From Caldimicrobium thiodismutans (GTDB taxonomy: Bacteria; Desulfobacterota; Thermodesulfobacteria; Thermodesulfobacteriales; Thermodesulfobacteriaceae): 32,000 bases of DNA. Below the pieces are notes generated by a model. It made no database searches, was not told the DNA's origin, and worked only from the letters and a program-made list of their open reading frames with translations. The stretch lies in assembly GCF_001548275.1 (NCBI RefSeq), contig NZ_AP014945.1, forward strand, positions 540,001 through 572,000, given 5' to 3'. The translations under genes and the position numbers were made by a program. This document shows, piece by piece, positions 8,087 through 16,398 of this stretch (the stretch's first letter is position 1; every line of letters begins with the position of its first letter).

Positions 8087-9116
8087 GTTGTATTTAAAGA
8101 CAACCCACATAGGGAGTCTTCCTTTTACTGATGTTACAAAAGCTCTTGATATAGCCTTTAGATTTGACATCCCTGCCTGGCCTCAACTGCCAAAATTTAA
8201 AGAAGAGGGAATGCTTTGGCAGTTTGTTTACGATTTTCCTGGTTTTGATCTTGAAAAGGAGCGTGTTATAACAAATACTCCTTCTTTTGAAGAAAGCCTC
8301 TTGAAAGTTTATGAAAATTATGTTGAAATCACAGAAAATAATAATCTCTTTTTACTAAAAGAACAATTAAAAACAAACTTTTCCAGGACCTTTTTCCCTT
8401 TTCTCGAAAAGGCCAAAACTCTGAACCCCTTCTTTTTAAAAGGTCAAATTACAGGACCTTTTACCCTTGGAATCTCACTAAAAAATGAAAAAGAAGAATC
8501 CCTTATCTTTAAAGACGACTTAAGGGATCTCCTTCTGAGATATCTTATTTTAAAGGCTCTTTCTCAGGGTTATTATCTAAAAGATTTAGCTGAAAAGGTA
8601 ATTATTTTTTTAGATGAACCTGGTCTTTCAGGCTTTGGAAGTAGCACTTATATCTCTTTGTCTAAGGAATTTGTCCTTGAGTTATTAAAAGAAATAACAG
8701 GGATCCTTAAAAAACATGGTTTCATAGTTGGAATACATGTATGCGCCAATACTTCCTGGGATATTCTTCTGGATTCAGAGATAGATATTGTTAATTTTGA
8801 TAGTTTTTCCTTTTTTGAAAAATTTATTATTTATGTAGATAAAATTGAAGAATTTTTGACCAAACCTGAGAAATACCTTGCCTTTGGTGCAGTACCAACC
8901 ACAAGTTCATTTCTGGAGAAAGTAGAAAAGGAAGAGATTATTGAAGGTTTTAAAAAACAGCTTTCTCTTTTAGCGGAAAAAACCTCTATAAAGAAAGAGA
9001 TATTACTGCATAGAATCCTTTTTACACCTGCCTGTGGAATGGGAAGTCTTCCAGAAGAGTTGGTTGAAAAAGTTTTAATTCTTTTGAAGGAGTTACAGAA
9101 AAATTTTCAGGATTAG
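8052..9116 (+). CDS. MetE-fold (cobalamin-independent methionine synthase C-terminal domain / URO-D-like) putative Zn-dependent methyltransferase
   Basis: N-terminal THIGSLPF motif, a His-x-Cys motif (IHVCAN) and a late Cys (TPACGMG) match the MetE zinc-ligand pattern. The track start at 7992 would overlap the upstream gene by 95 nt. ATG 8052 or GTG 8073 (5 nt after AAGGAGG at 8061-8067) is preferred. Confidence 0.5.
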   Translation: MRPKEVSVSYPELYLKTTHIGSLPFTDVTKALDIAFRFDIPAWPQLPKFKEEGMLWQFVYDFPGFDLEKERVITNTPSFEESLLKVYENYVEITENNNLFLLKEQLKTNFSRTFFPFLEKAKTLNPFFLKGQITGPFTLGISLKNEKEESLIFKDDLRDLLLRYLILKALSQGYYLKDLAEKVIIFLDEPGLSGFGSSTYISLSKEFVLELLKEITGILKKHGFIVGIHVCANTSWDILLDSEIDIVNFDSFSFFEKFIIYVDKIEEFLTKPEKYLAFGAVPTTSSFLEKVEKEEIIEGFKKQLSLLAEKTSIKKEILLHRILFTPACGMGSLPEELVEKVLILLKELQKNFQD

Positions 9117-9217
9117 CATTAAGTTTATTTAAAACTTGCTAATCTAAAAGGGCACCCTGATTTCTCTTAGAAGTTTAATTTTTTGCATAGTTTCATACTC
9201 TTACAAGAAAAAGAAAG

Positions 9218-9264
9218 GGTGAAAAAGGTGAGAGGTAAAAGGTGAGAGGTGAGAGGTGAGAGGG
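9218..9264 (+). repeat. GGTGA(G/A)A heptamer array (three perfect tandem GGTGAGA units plus two spaced copies)
   Basis: Sequence read directly: GGTGAAAAAGGTGAGAGGTAAAAGGTGAGAGGTGAGAGGTGAGAGGG. Other copies of the repeat family carry a single AAAAGGTGAGAGG at this position. Confidence 0.8.
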
Positions 9265-9342
9265 AGAAATAATTTGAAACCACTTATATTTTAGCATCAA
9301 TGTGCGGAGGCAGGGGGAAAGACATAAACGCAACCCAAATTC

Positions 9343-9370
9343 TTGCTTTTTTTTAAATTTGCTTTATCAT
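9343..9370 (+). promoter_or_regulatory. candidate sigma70-type promoter (TTGCTT-16-TATCAT) for the RAM-domain/HNH gene pair
   Basis: The -35 TTGCTT (9343-9348) is followed by a 16-nt spacer and the -10 TATCAT (9365-9370). AAGGAGGAGGG and the ATG at 9403 follow. Confidence 0.4.
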
Positions 9371-9402
9371 ATATAAACATTTCAAAGAAAGGAGGAGGGA
9401 AG

Positions 9403-9636
9403 ATGCCTTTAAGAGCTTATATTTTGATTAACACCCAAATTGGTCAGACCCAAAAGGTAGTTGAGGAGCTTAAAAAAATTGAGGAGATTAAAAGGCTTGA
9501 TGTAATTATGGGCCCCTATGATATCATTGTGGAGATAGAAGTGCCTCACTATGAGGATATCTCTAAACTTCTATTAGAGAGATTTCAAAACATTCCAGCT
9601 ATAAATCATACCATGACCTGTCCAGTGGTGAGCTAA
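9403..9636 (+). CDS. stand-alone Lrp/AsnC-type ligand-binding (RAM) domain protein, 77 aa
   Basis: MPLRAYILINTQIGQTQKVVEELKKIEEIKRLDVIMGPYDIIVEIEV... has the beta-alpha-beta-beta-alpha-beta pattern of AsnC/Lrp C-terminal domains and no HTH. The strong SD AAGGAGGAGGG precedes ATG 9403. The track start at 9343 would lie on the putative -35 box. Confidence 0.6.
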   Translation: MPLRAYILINTQIGQTQKVVEELKKIEEIKRLDVIMGPYDIIVEIEVPHYEDISKLLLERFQNIPAINHTMTCPVVS

Positions 9637-9639
9637 AGG

Positions 9640-10251
9640 TTGGGGCCAAGTCTTCTTCAGGAAAAAATCCTTGTCCTAAACAAATATTATCAAGCTGTTC
9701 AAATTATTACTCTTCAAAGAGCTATTTGTCATCTGGTTAAAGGCACAGCCAAAGTTATAACTCCCGATTGGACAACGCATACCTTTGAGGAGTGGATTAA
9801 GATTAGTCAATTTTATGAAAACGGGAAGAGCTCTGAGTTTAAATTTATCAAAAGCCCCTCTATTTCTCTTCTTGTGCCTGATGCAGTCTATTTACCCTAT
9901 TACGAGTCTCTCCCCCAAAATGAGGTCATCTTTTCCAGACAAAACCTTTTTTTAAGGGATCAATTTACCTGTCAATATTGTGGTAAGGTTCTTAAAAACC
10001 CGAAAGAAAGAACTATTGATCATGTGATTCCTAAAAGTCGAGGAGGAAAAACAGTCTGGACAAATGTGGTGCTCTGCTGTAAAAAATGTAATCTTAAAAA
10101 AGGTAATAAAACTCCAGAGGAAGCTGGATTAAAGCTTCTTAAACTTCCTAAAACTCCAAGATGGCAGGCTCTCATTCTTGAAGAATTTCCCAAACACAAA
10201 AAAGACAAATGGAAGGTCTTTTTAAATTTTGCTGGAATCCTTACAGATTAA
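9640..10251 (+). CDS. HNH endonuclease family protein (COG1403-like)
   Basis: The motif CQYCG...IDHVIPKSRGGKTVWTNVVLCCKKCNLKKGNK is a CxxC...H-N-H...CxxC zinc-finger HNH. The N-terminal ILVLNKYYQAV region is typical of this family. TTG start lies 3 nt after the upstream stop. Confidence 0.8.
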   Translation: MGPSLLQEKILVLNKYYQAVQIITLQRAICHLVKGTAKVITPDWTTHTFEEWIKISQFYENGKSSEFKFIKSPSISLLVPDAVYLPYYESLPQNEVIFSRQNLFLRDQFTCQYCGKVLKNPKERTIDHVIPKSRGGKTVWTNVVLCCKKCNLKKGNKTPEEAGLKLLKLPKTPRWQALILEEFPKHKKDKWKVFLNFAGILTD

Positions 10252-10252
10252 G

Positions 10253-10723
10253 TTAATTAGCAAATAGTTTCGTAACATTTAAAATAACCAGGAGTCTATC
10301 CGGTAGCTGATAAATTTTTTCCACATATTCTTTATCAAAGCCTTCAATTTTCTCAGGGGGATCTTCAAGTTTAACCACCGGAACCTCCATAATATCACTA
10401 ATCCTTTCAATTAAAAAAGACACCGCTTCATCTTGATTTCTCACAATCAAATTAAGTTTAGGATGGGTCTCAATCTGGAAATTTATTTTCTTAGCAAGAT
10501 CTATTACAGTCAGAATCTGGCCTCTGAGATTCATAATCCCTAAAATATAGGGATCAGATAAAGGAACTGGAGTAATTTCTAAATCTTTATTAATCTCCAT
10601 AACCTTTTCTGCATAGATCCCAAAAAGTATATCCCCTAAATAAAAGGTTATCAAAGGAACGGTCTCTTGAAGGGCAACGGTTTTCCTGGCTTCAACTAAG
10701 GGTTTAAAATCTTGGGTCTTCAT
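10253..10723 (-). CDS. cheW: chemotaxis coupling protein CheW
   Basis: A single 156-aa CheW-like domain (ITFYLGDILFGIYAEKVMEI...MNLRGQILTVIDLAKK...). Last gene of the che operon. Confidence 0.85.
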   Translation of the reverse strand: MKTQDFKPLVEARKTVALQETVPLITFYLGDILFGIYAEKVMEINKDLEITPVPLSDPYILGIMNLRGQILTVIDLAKKINFQIETHPKLNLIVRNQDEAVSFLIERISDIMEVPVVKLEDPPEKIEGFDKEYVEKIYQLPDRLLVILNVTKLFAN

Positions 10724-11621
10724 TCTTAAATCCCTCCATATATTTTATTGCCTTTTCTAAATAGCTTTTAGCCTTAGCCGAGATTTTTTCCGGAAAAACT
10801 GGCTTTAGAGATATTACTAAGTCGCCTCTTTTAATTGAATCATTCTCCTTTACAAAGGGGCCTCTTCCTCTTAGAACAACGGATCCACCTGTAGTAAAAA
10901 GTCTACTTGGGATCTCTTCTCTTCCTTCTAAGGTATCAATAGCAATAGTTTCTTTAATAAGAATTTCATAAAAGGGAAGCTTAAGCTCATATAAAAGCTT
11001 GTCCTTTTCTAAGGTCAGGTTAGGATGTTTTTTCAAAACTACTTCTAAATAAAAGTCCCACTTTGCGTTGTAAAGGGATCCGGGTATAAAGAGAATATCA
11101 CCCTCTCTTAAACCAGGAGGTAATTTAACTTTAACTCTTTCCTCCTCTTTTATTTTACCCTTACCCATACACCTTGAACAACTTTCTTTAAAGATAACCC
11201 CCTTTCCATTACAAAAGGAACAAGGGAAGGTTAAACTTTGATTCCCTTTAAGCAGAGTTAAAACTCCCTTTCCCTGACAATTGTGACAGGTTTCTTTAGC
11301 TCCTTTTAAATCTTGACCACATCCCTTACAATCTGGACAGGTTATTTCCCTAAGGGGAAGAGTTAACTCAACAGTCTCTGCTAATGCTACTTCACGGATT
11401 GTAAATTCCTGCATTTTATAAAAAGAGTTACCCTTGGGAATATACTGTTTTAAAATAGAAACAGACTCTTTTTTTTGTAATTCACCAAGGGCTTTTTTAT
11501 ACCATTCCAGAAATTTGAGATATTCCTCAGGGTTTCCACCCCGGTCAGGATGGAGAGTTTTTACTCTAATCCTAAAATACTGCTTTAATTCTTCTGAAGA
11601 TGAAAATGCAAAATTATTCAT
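10704..11621 (-). CDS. DnaJ-like protein: truncated J domain (HPD), four CxxCxGxG zinc-finger repeats, DnaJ C-terminal domain; no G/F region
   Basis: J-domain remnant: LKQYFRIRVKTLHPDRGGNPEEYLKFLEWYKKAL. Zinc fingers: CPDCKGCG, CHNCQGKG, CSFCNGKG, CSRCMGKG. C-terminal substrate-binding-type beta domain (VKVKLPPGLREGDILFIPG...). Overlaps cheW by 20 nt and starts 4 nt after the cheA stop. Confidence 0.75.
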   Translation of the reverse strand: MNNFAFSSSEELKQYFRIRVKTLHPDRGGNPEEYLKFLEWYKKALGELQKKESVSILKQYIPKGNSFYKMQEFTIREVALAETVELTLPLREITCPDCKGCGQDLKGAKETCHNCQGKGVLTLLKGNQSLTFPCSFCNGKGVIFKESCSRCMGKGKIKEEERVKVKLPPGLREGDILFIPGSLYNAKWDFYLEVVLKKHPNLTLEKDKLLYELKLPFYEILIKETIAIDTLEGREEIPSRLFTTGGSVVLRGRGPFVKENDSIKRGDLVISLKPVFPEKISAKAKSYLEKAIKYMEGFKNEDPRF

Positions 11622-11625
11622 AGCC

Positions 11626-14271
11626 TTAAATAGAAATCCGCATCTCTTTCTTATAAGATAATAATTCCTCTATGGCTCTTAAGACTTTTTCCCTTTCAAG
11701 CTTTACCTCATAGGCATTAGCCCCTAATTCAAAAACCTTTTTCTTTATATCCTCTCCAGTTAAAGAAGTAAGCACCATAATAGGAATGTCCTTATATTCA
11801 GGAATTGATCTAACATTCTTAATAAACTCAAAGCCATCCATAACTGGCATTTCAATATCACTGATAATTAAAGCTGGTTTGTATCCTGCTTTGAGCTTTT
11901 TAAGGGCCTCTTCTCCATTTCCAGCTACTTCTACTTCAAAACCAGCTTGCACAAGATAATTTCTTATCATGTTCTGGAAAAAGGGAGAATCCTCTGCAAG
12001 TAAAATATTTAGATTTTCTTCAGGTTCTTCTCTTTTTACGATAAACCACTCAGGATCATACATCTCTATAACTTTATATATGTCCAGAAAGAGTATAGTT
12101 TTATTGTTAATTATTCTATGTCCAAGAATACCTGGCTGGACATAAAGATCCACTTCTACTTCTAAGGTTGTCTCTAAGGTGTCAACAATCTTTGAACAGA
12201 GAATAGCGCAAGTTTTTTCTCTTTCCGTAAAGAAAAGAATATTGTATTCTTCCTGAGGAGGGGATCCCTGAATAGGCAAGTAATTTTCAAGGCGAATTAA
12301 TGGAATAACCTTGTTCTTATAAAGAATTACTTCTTTCCCGCCGATGATTTGAATCTCTTCTGCTTTAATCTTGTCAAGTCTTGAAATAAGCGCAAGCGGA
12401 AGAGCTAAAGAATCCTCACCCACATTGAAAATAAGGATAAACTGAGTCTCCTCAGCTGAGGTTTTAAATTTTTTCTCCTCATAAGACCTTTCTATTTCCT
12501 CTGTTTTTAAGCCAGCAAGTTGACTTAACCCAACCACATCGAGAATCAAGGCCAATTTCCCATCCCCCATAATAGTTGCACCGCTGTATAGGGGAATATT
12601 TTTAAACCATTTACCAAGGGGTTTAACCACTATTTCTTCAGAATCGTAAATCTGGTCAACGAGTAGACCTATGTGTCTCTCTCCTGTATTGAGTATTACT
12701 AAGCTTTTTTCAGACTTTCCATTCTTAAAACCAAGAGCCCTTGAAAGTCTAACCACTGGTATAATTTCCCCTCTGAGACGATAAAATTCAGTATCACCCA
12801 TTTTTAATATATCAGTCTCTGGATTTATGCTTACAAGCTCTCTCAAACTTACCTGGGGAATGGCATAGCGTTGATCATGAGAGGTAACAATAAGGGCTGG
12901 AATAATGGCTAAGGTCAAAGGAATTTTAATTCTAACTGTTGTTCCCTTTCCAAGAAAAGTATTTAATTCAATAGATCCCCCCAGCTTTTCAATATTAGTT
13001 TTTACTACATCCATTCCAACACCACGGCCCGATACCTGAGTGACCTTTTCAGCGGTTGAAAAGCCAGATTTAAAAATAAAAGAGAGGATCTCTTTGTCAG
13101 AGAGCTTTTCAGCTTCTTCAGGTGTGACAAAGCCCTTTTCTATGGCCTTTTTCTTTATCTTTTCAAGATCAATTCCTTTCCCATCATCCTCAATTTCAAT
13201 AATTACCTGGCCTCCCTCATGGTAGGCCCTTAAAATCAAATTTCCTTCAGGAGGTTTGCCTGCTTGAACCCTAACCTCAGGGGCTTCAATTCCATGATCT
13301 ATGGAATTTCTGACTAAATGAGTGAGAGGATCCTTTATAGCCTCAATGATTGAACGATCAAGCTCCGTTTCTGTTCCTTCCAGATGTAAATTAACCTTTT
13401 TATTCAGAGCCTTAGCAAGGTCTCTAACAATCCGGGGAAATTTATTAAAAACAACCCCAATGGGTTGCATACGGGTCTTCATAATAGTTTCCTGAAGCTC
13501 AGTTGTAACCATAGAAAGACTTTGTACACTTCTTGAAAGCTCAGGTTCATTGATTTTATTGGCAAGTTGAACAACCCTGTTTCTTGCAAGAACTAACTCT
13601 CCAGCAAGATTCATAAGTTGATCAAGAAGCTTTACATCAACCTTAATATGGGTCTCAGTAAGTTGTATCTGAGGGGTTGCAACGGTTTTTTCCTCCTTTT
13701 CAGCCTCCCTTTTTTCCTCTGGTAAGACATTCTCATTGAGAACTTTTTCTTCTACCTCAGGCTCTTCCTTAGTCTTTGCTTTTTCCTCAAAAGGCTCTTC
13801 CTTATGACTCACTTCTTCAGGTTTAACTTCTGAAGTTACTCCTTTTTCAGCCTCCTTAGAAAGTTGAACCTCACCTTTTTTCTTTAATTTGTTTGTAAAA
13901 TTGGAAAGATCTACAAGAAAATCAAGAATTCTATCTTCCACTGGCTCAGTCTTATTTTCTTCAAGATAGGCAACAATATACTTGATTTCATCAAGACATT
14001 TAAGCAAAATATCAATTACTTCTTCAGTAGGTTCAATCTCTCCATCTCTTATCTTTCCAAGGATATCTTCAGCAAAATGGGCTATACCCTCAAGGGATTT
14101 GAACCCAAAAAATCCAGATGCCCCTTTTAAAGAATGCATCGTTCGAAAAAGGCTTTTAATAATCTCAAGGTTTCCTTTATCCTTTTCAAGTTCAATAAAT
14201 TCCTCCTCCATCTTAGCGATTCCATCTTTTGCCTCAACAAGAAAATCCTTTAAAATATCTTCATCTATCAT
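11626..14271 (-). CDS. cheA: chemotaxis histidine kinase CheA with two CheW-like domains and a C-terminal receiver domain
   Basis: Domains in order:
- Hpt (MHSLKGASGFFGF).
- E/K-rich linker.
- Dimerisation region and HATPase (DPLTHLVRNSIDHGIE, GRGVGMDVV).
- CheW-like domain 1 (DQRYAIPQVSLRELV...).
- CheW-like domain 2 (TQFILIFNVGEDSLALPLALISRL...).
- REC (ILLAEDSP...IISDIEMPVMDG...YEVKL). Confidence 0.93.
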   Translation of the reverse strand: MIDEDILKDFLVEAKDGIAKMEEEFIELEKDKGNLEIIKSLFRTMHSLKGASGFFGFKSLEGIAHFAEDILGKIRDGEIEPTEEVIDILLKCLDEIKYIVAYLEENKTEPVEDRILDFLVDLSNFTNKLKKKGEVQLSKEAEKGVTSEVKPEEVSHKEEPFEEKAKTKEEPEVEEKVLNENVLPEEKREAEKEEKTVATPQIQLTETHIKVDVKLLDQLMNLAGELVLARNRVVQLANKINEPELSRSVQSLSMVTTELQETIMKTRMQPIGVVFNKFPRIVRDLAKALNKKVNLHLEGTETELDRSIIEAIKDPLTHLVRNSIDHGIEAPEVRVQAGKPPEGNLILRAYHEGGQVIIEIEDDGKGIDLEKIKKKAIEKGFVTPEEAEKLSDKEILSFIFKSGFSTAEKVTQVSGRGVGMDVVKTNIEKLGGSIELNTFLGKGTTVRIKIPLTLAIIPALIVTSHDQRYAIPQVSLRELVSINPETDILKMGDTEFYRLRGEIIPVVRLSRALGFKNGKSEKSLVILNTGERHIGLLVDQIYDSEEIVVKPLGKWFKNIPLYSGATIMGDGKLALILDVVGLSQLAGLKTEEIERSYEEKKFKTSAEETQFILIFNVGEDSLALPLALISRLDKIKAEEIQIIGGKEVILYKNKVIPLIRLENYLPIQGSPPQEEYNILFFTEREKTCAILCSKIVDTLETTLEVEVDLYVQPGILGHRIINNKTILFLDIYKVIEMYDPEWFIVKREEPEENLNILLAEDSPFFQNMIRNYLVQAGFEVEVAGNGEEALKKLKAGYKPALIISDIEMPVMDGFEFIKNVRSIPEYKDIPIMVLTSLTGEDIKKKVFELGANAYEVKLEREKVLRAIEELLSYKKEMRISI

Positions 14272-14336
14272 AGAGGCCCCCTTTGCTATCCGTAAGTTTA
14301 TAACATAATAAATAAAAACTCTTAAGTAGTCAAGAC

Positions 14337-16295
14337 CTAATCACAACCATGTCTTCTACAGGCATCCCTTATATCAAGCAGGTGCTTCATAACTTCTTCA
14401 AAGATTGGTAATACATTAAGTTCTATAAATCTGGTAATACTTTCTTTGTCTTTCAAATCAAGCTCTCTTTCCACTCTTCCAACTAAACCATGAAGCTCTT
14501 CATGGGGTTTTTCTAAGGATTTTAAAACAGGTTCTACAGGGGTCCCTTTTAAGCGTTTTTCAAGGATCTGCATGGATCTTCCAAGTAAGCACCTTCTATG
14601 ATCTCTTTCAACTTGAGGTATAACACCTTCATTAAGAGCAGAAAGAAATCCCATCTTCCAGTTTATATGCCCTAAAACAGCAAGATTTACAAGAGCATTA
14701 ACCGAAAGCTTCTCAAGTTCCTCATCTGTCACTTGAATTTTTTCTATATCAAAAAGCTTACCTGTAATCTTATTGGTTAAACTAATTTCAGAAAGAATAT
14801 CAGAAGAAACCTTTATATCCTTAAAAAGTTCATTTAGTTTCTCTACAACTTTTCTTAAGTCCTCAATCTCAGAAATAAGGGCAAAACTTTTTTCCTTGGT
14901 TTGAAGAGTATTTTCTACAATAGAATCAGTTACCGCAGTTTGTTCTTCAACTGCTCCTGCAATCATTGAGGTTGCCTTCTCAACCTCATCCACCATCTCT
15001 TTTGTTTTTTCTGCCTTTTCAACGGTATTTTTGACCTCTTGAGAGAGATTATCCACTATCTTTTCAATTTCCCCTGTAAAATCTGAAACCTTTTTGGCAA
15101 GCTCCTTTACTTCATTGGCTACCACTGCAAAGCCCTTTCCAGCCTCTCCTGCACGAGCTGCCTCAATTGAGGCATTAAGGGCAAGGAGATTGGTCTGCTC
15201 AGCAATTCCCCGAATAATTTCAGATATATTACGAATCTCTCCCATAGACCTCTCTAAAGCAAGAACAGTCTCTTCCATTTCACTTGCAGAAATTTTCACA
15301 AGTTTGGCTCTATCAGCTGTTTCATGGGTATTTTTAGAAATCTCTGAGATAGCAAGCTTCATCTCTTCTGTTGACCTCTCAATTGAGGCAAGAAGATCTG
15401 TAAGCTCACTTCCAATACTTGAGGCCTTTTCCACAAGGGATTGAATCTGAGAAGAAACTGGAGATGCCTCCTCAACATCTTCATATTGACCCTCTATCAC
15501 CTTAGAGGTAATCTCGCTTGCATTAAGCATTCCATTTAGCATTCCCTCAATAACTCTTTTTAAAGCATTTAGAGAGTTTGCTATAGGACTGAATTCTTTA
15601 TACTTTGTGGTTATTAAAACTCTAAAATCACCCTTTTCAAAGCTCTTGATACCATTGGTCAATTCGGATATGGTATTTTTAAGGATCTTTGTTGAATATA
15701 GGGAAAATCCAAAACTTAAAGCCATTATTACTAAAATAAGAATGATTGTCAGAATCTGAACCTGAAGAAGCCTTGTATCATTTACACCCTTCTTAGCAAG
15801 AAGGGGAGTAAGTTCCATAGCCTTAGAAAGGATATTTTCAGAGACCTCATCTATTTTTCCAAGAAGCCTTTCATCACAGGTTTTTACAAGATTATCTATG
15901 AGATTAAAGAGCTCTTTATATCCCCCTTCAATCTCATTAAAAAGGGTCACAGCTTTTTCATCTGATACCGATGAAATAGCTTTAGAACCATCTTTTCCAT
16001 ATTTCAAATCCTCTATGGCCTTAAAAACAGTCTTTCTTGATTTTTCAATCCTTTCAATATAGTTTTTAGAGGCACTACTTTGAGGGTCCTCTTTTTTGAG
16101 ACAAACTTTTTCAAAATAAAGGAATCCTGCAGCCTTTGGCCACTGACTGTTAAATCTTAACTTTCCTGCATTATCTACAGCAACACCCCAGCCTTTGAGA
16201 CTTTGCAATTCATAAAACACAAAAATACAAATTAAAAGCCCAATTATAGCAACAGCTAAAGCCATAAGAAAATTTTGCCGAATCAAAGACTTCAT
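14337..16295 (-). CDS. methyl-accepting chemotaxis protein with PilJ/NarX-like periplasmic sensor, HAMP, MA domain and C-terminal CZB zinc-binding domain
   Basis: Two TM helices flank a region of about 140 aa containing [13 protein letters not shown]. The signalling hairpin is [35 protein letters not shown]. The C-terminus reads HINW-x22-CLLG-x-S-x23-HEELH and fits the CZB motif. Confidence 0.9.
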   Translation of the reverse strand: MKSLIRQNFLMALAVAIIGLLICIFVFYELQSLKGWGVAVDNAGKLRFNSQWPKAAGFLYFEKVCLKKEDPQSSASKNYIERIEKSRKTVFKAIEDLKYGKDGSKAISSVSDEKAVTLFNEIEGGYKELFNLIDNLVKTCDERLLGKIDEVSENILSKAMELTPLLAKKGVNDTRLLQVQILTIILILVIMALSFGFSLYSTKILKNTISELTNGIKSFEKGDFRVLITTKYKEFSPIANSLNALKRVIEGMLNGMLNASEITSKVIEGQYEDVEEASPVSSQIQSLVEKASSIGSELTDLLASIERSTEEMKLAISEISKNTHETADRAKLVKISASEMEETVLALERSMGEIRNISEIIRGIAEQTNLLALNASIEAARAGEAGKGFAVVANEVKELAKKVSDFTGEIEKIVDNLSQEVKNTVEKAEKTKEMVDEVEKATSMIAGAVEEQTAVTDSIVENTLQTKEKSFALISEIEDLRKVVEKLNELFKDIKVSSDILSEISLTNKITGKLFDIEKIQVTDEELEKLSVNALVNLAVLGHINWKMGFLSALNEGVIPQVERDHRRCLLGRSMQILEKRLKGTPVEPVLKSLEKPHEELHGLVGRVERELDLKDKESITRFIELNVLPIFEEVMKHLLDIRDACRRHGCD

Positions 16296-16370
16296 AAGAC
16301 CCTCCTTCTTTTTTTATTACTTTTAATTTTTTATTACTTTTATATCAAGTCTAAATCCTTAAATTTACAT

Positions 16371-16398
16371 AGAATACAAAAAAATTTTTCTTTGTCAA
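16371..16398 (-). promoter_or_regulatory. candidate sigma70-type promoter for the mcp-cheA-dnaJ-like-cheW operon (TTGACA-16-TATTCT)
   Basis: On the minus strand, the -35 TTGACA (16393-16398) is followed by a 16-nt spacer and the -10 TATTCT (16371-16376). The register relative to the repeat body is the same as in copies C and D. Confidence 0.45.

Larger units (their letters stand above)
9185..9385 (+). repeat. intergenic modular repeat, copy A (most diverged; module 1 plus promoter module)
   Basis: GCATAGTTTCATACTCTTACAAGAAAAAGAAAGGGTGAAAAAGGTGAGAGG matches the distal module of copies B, C and D when those are read on the minus strand. It ends in TTGCTT-16-TATCAT. Confidence 0.6.

Noticed and set aside
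9111-9144. Inverted repeat GATTAGCA-N18-TGCTAATC after the MetE-fold gene as a terminator
   Set aside because: The stem is 8 bp and AT-rich, the loop is 18 nt, and no U-tract follows (TAAAAGGG). It is not a convincing intrinsic terminator.
9218-9264. Heptamer array, and the 21-nt array at 23245..23412, as CRISPR
   Set aside because: The units are contiguous with no spacers and far shorter than CRISPR repeats. The second array is in-frame coding sequence, and no cas genes are present.
9343-9402. Track start at 9343 for the RAM-domain gene
   Set aside because: It is a TTG start sitting on the putative -35 hexamer with no SD. A strong AAGGAGGAGGG precedes ATG 9403, and the domain is complete from there.
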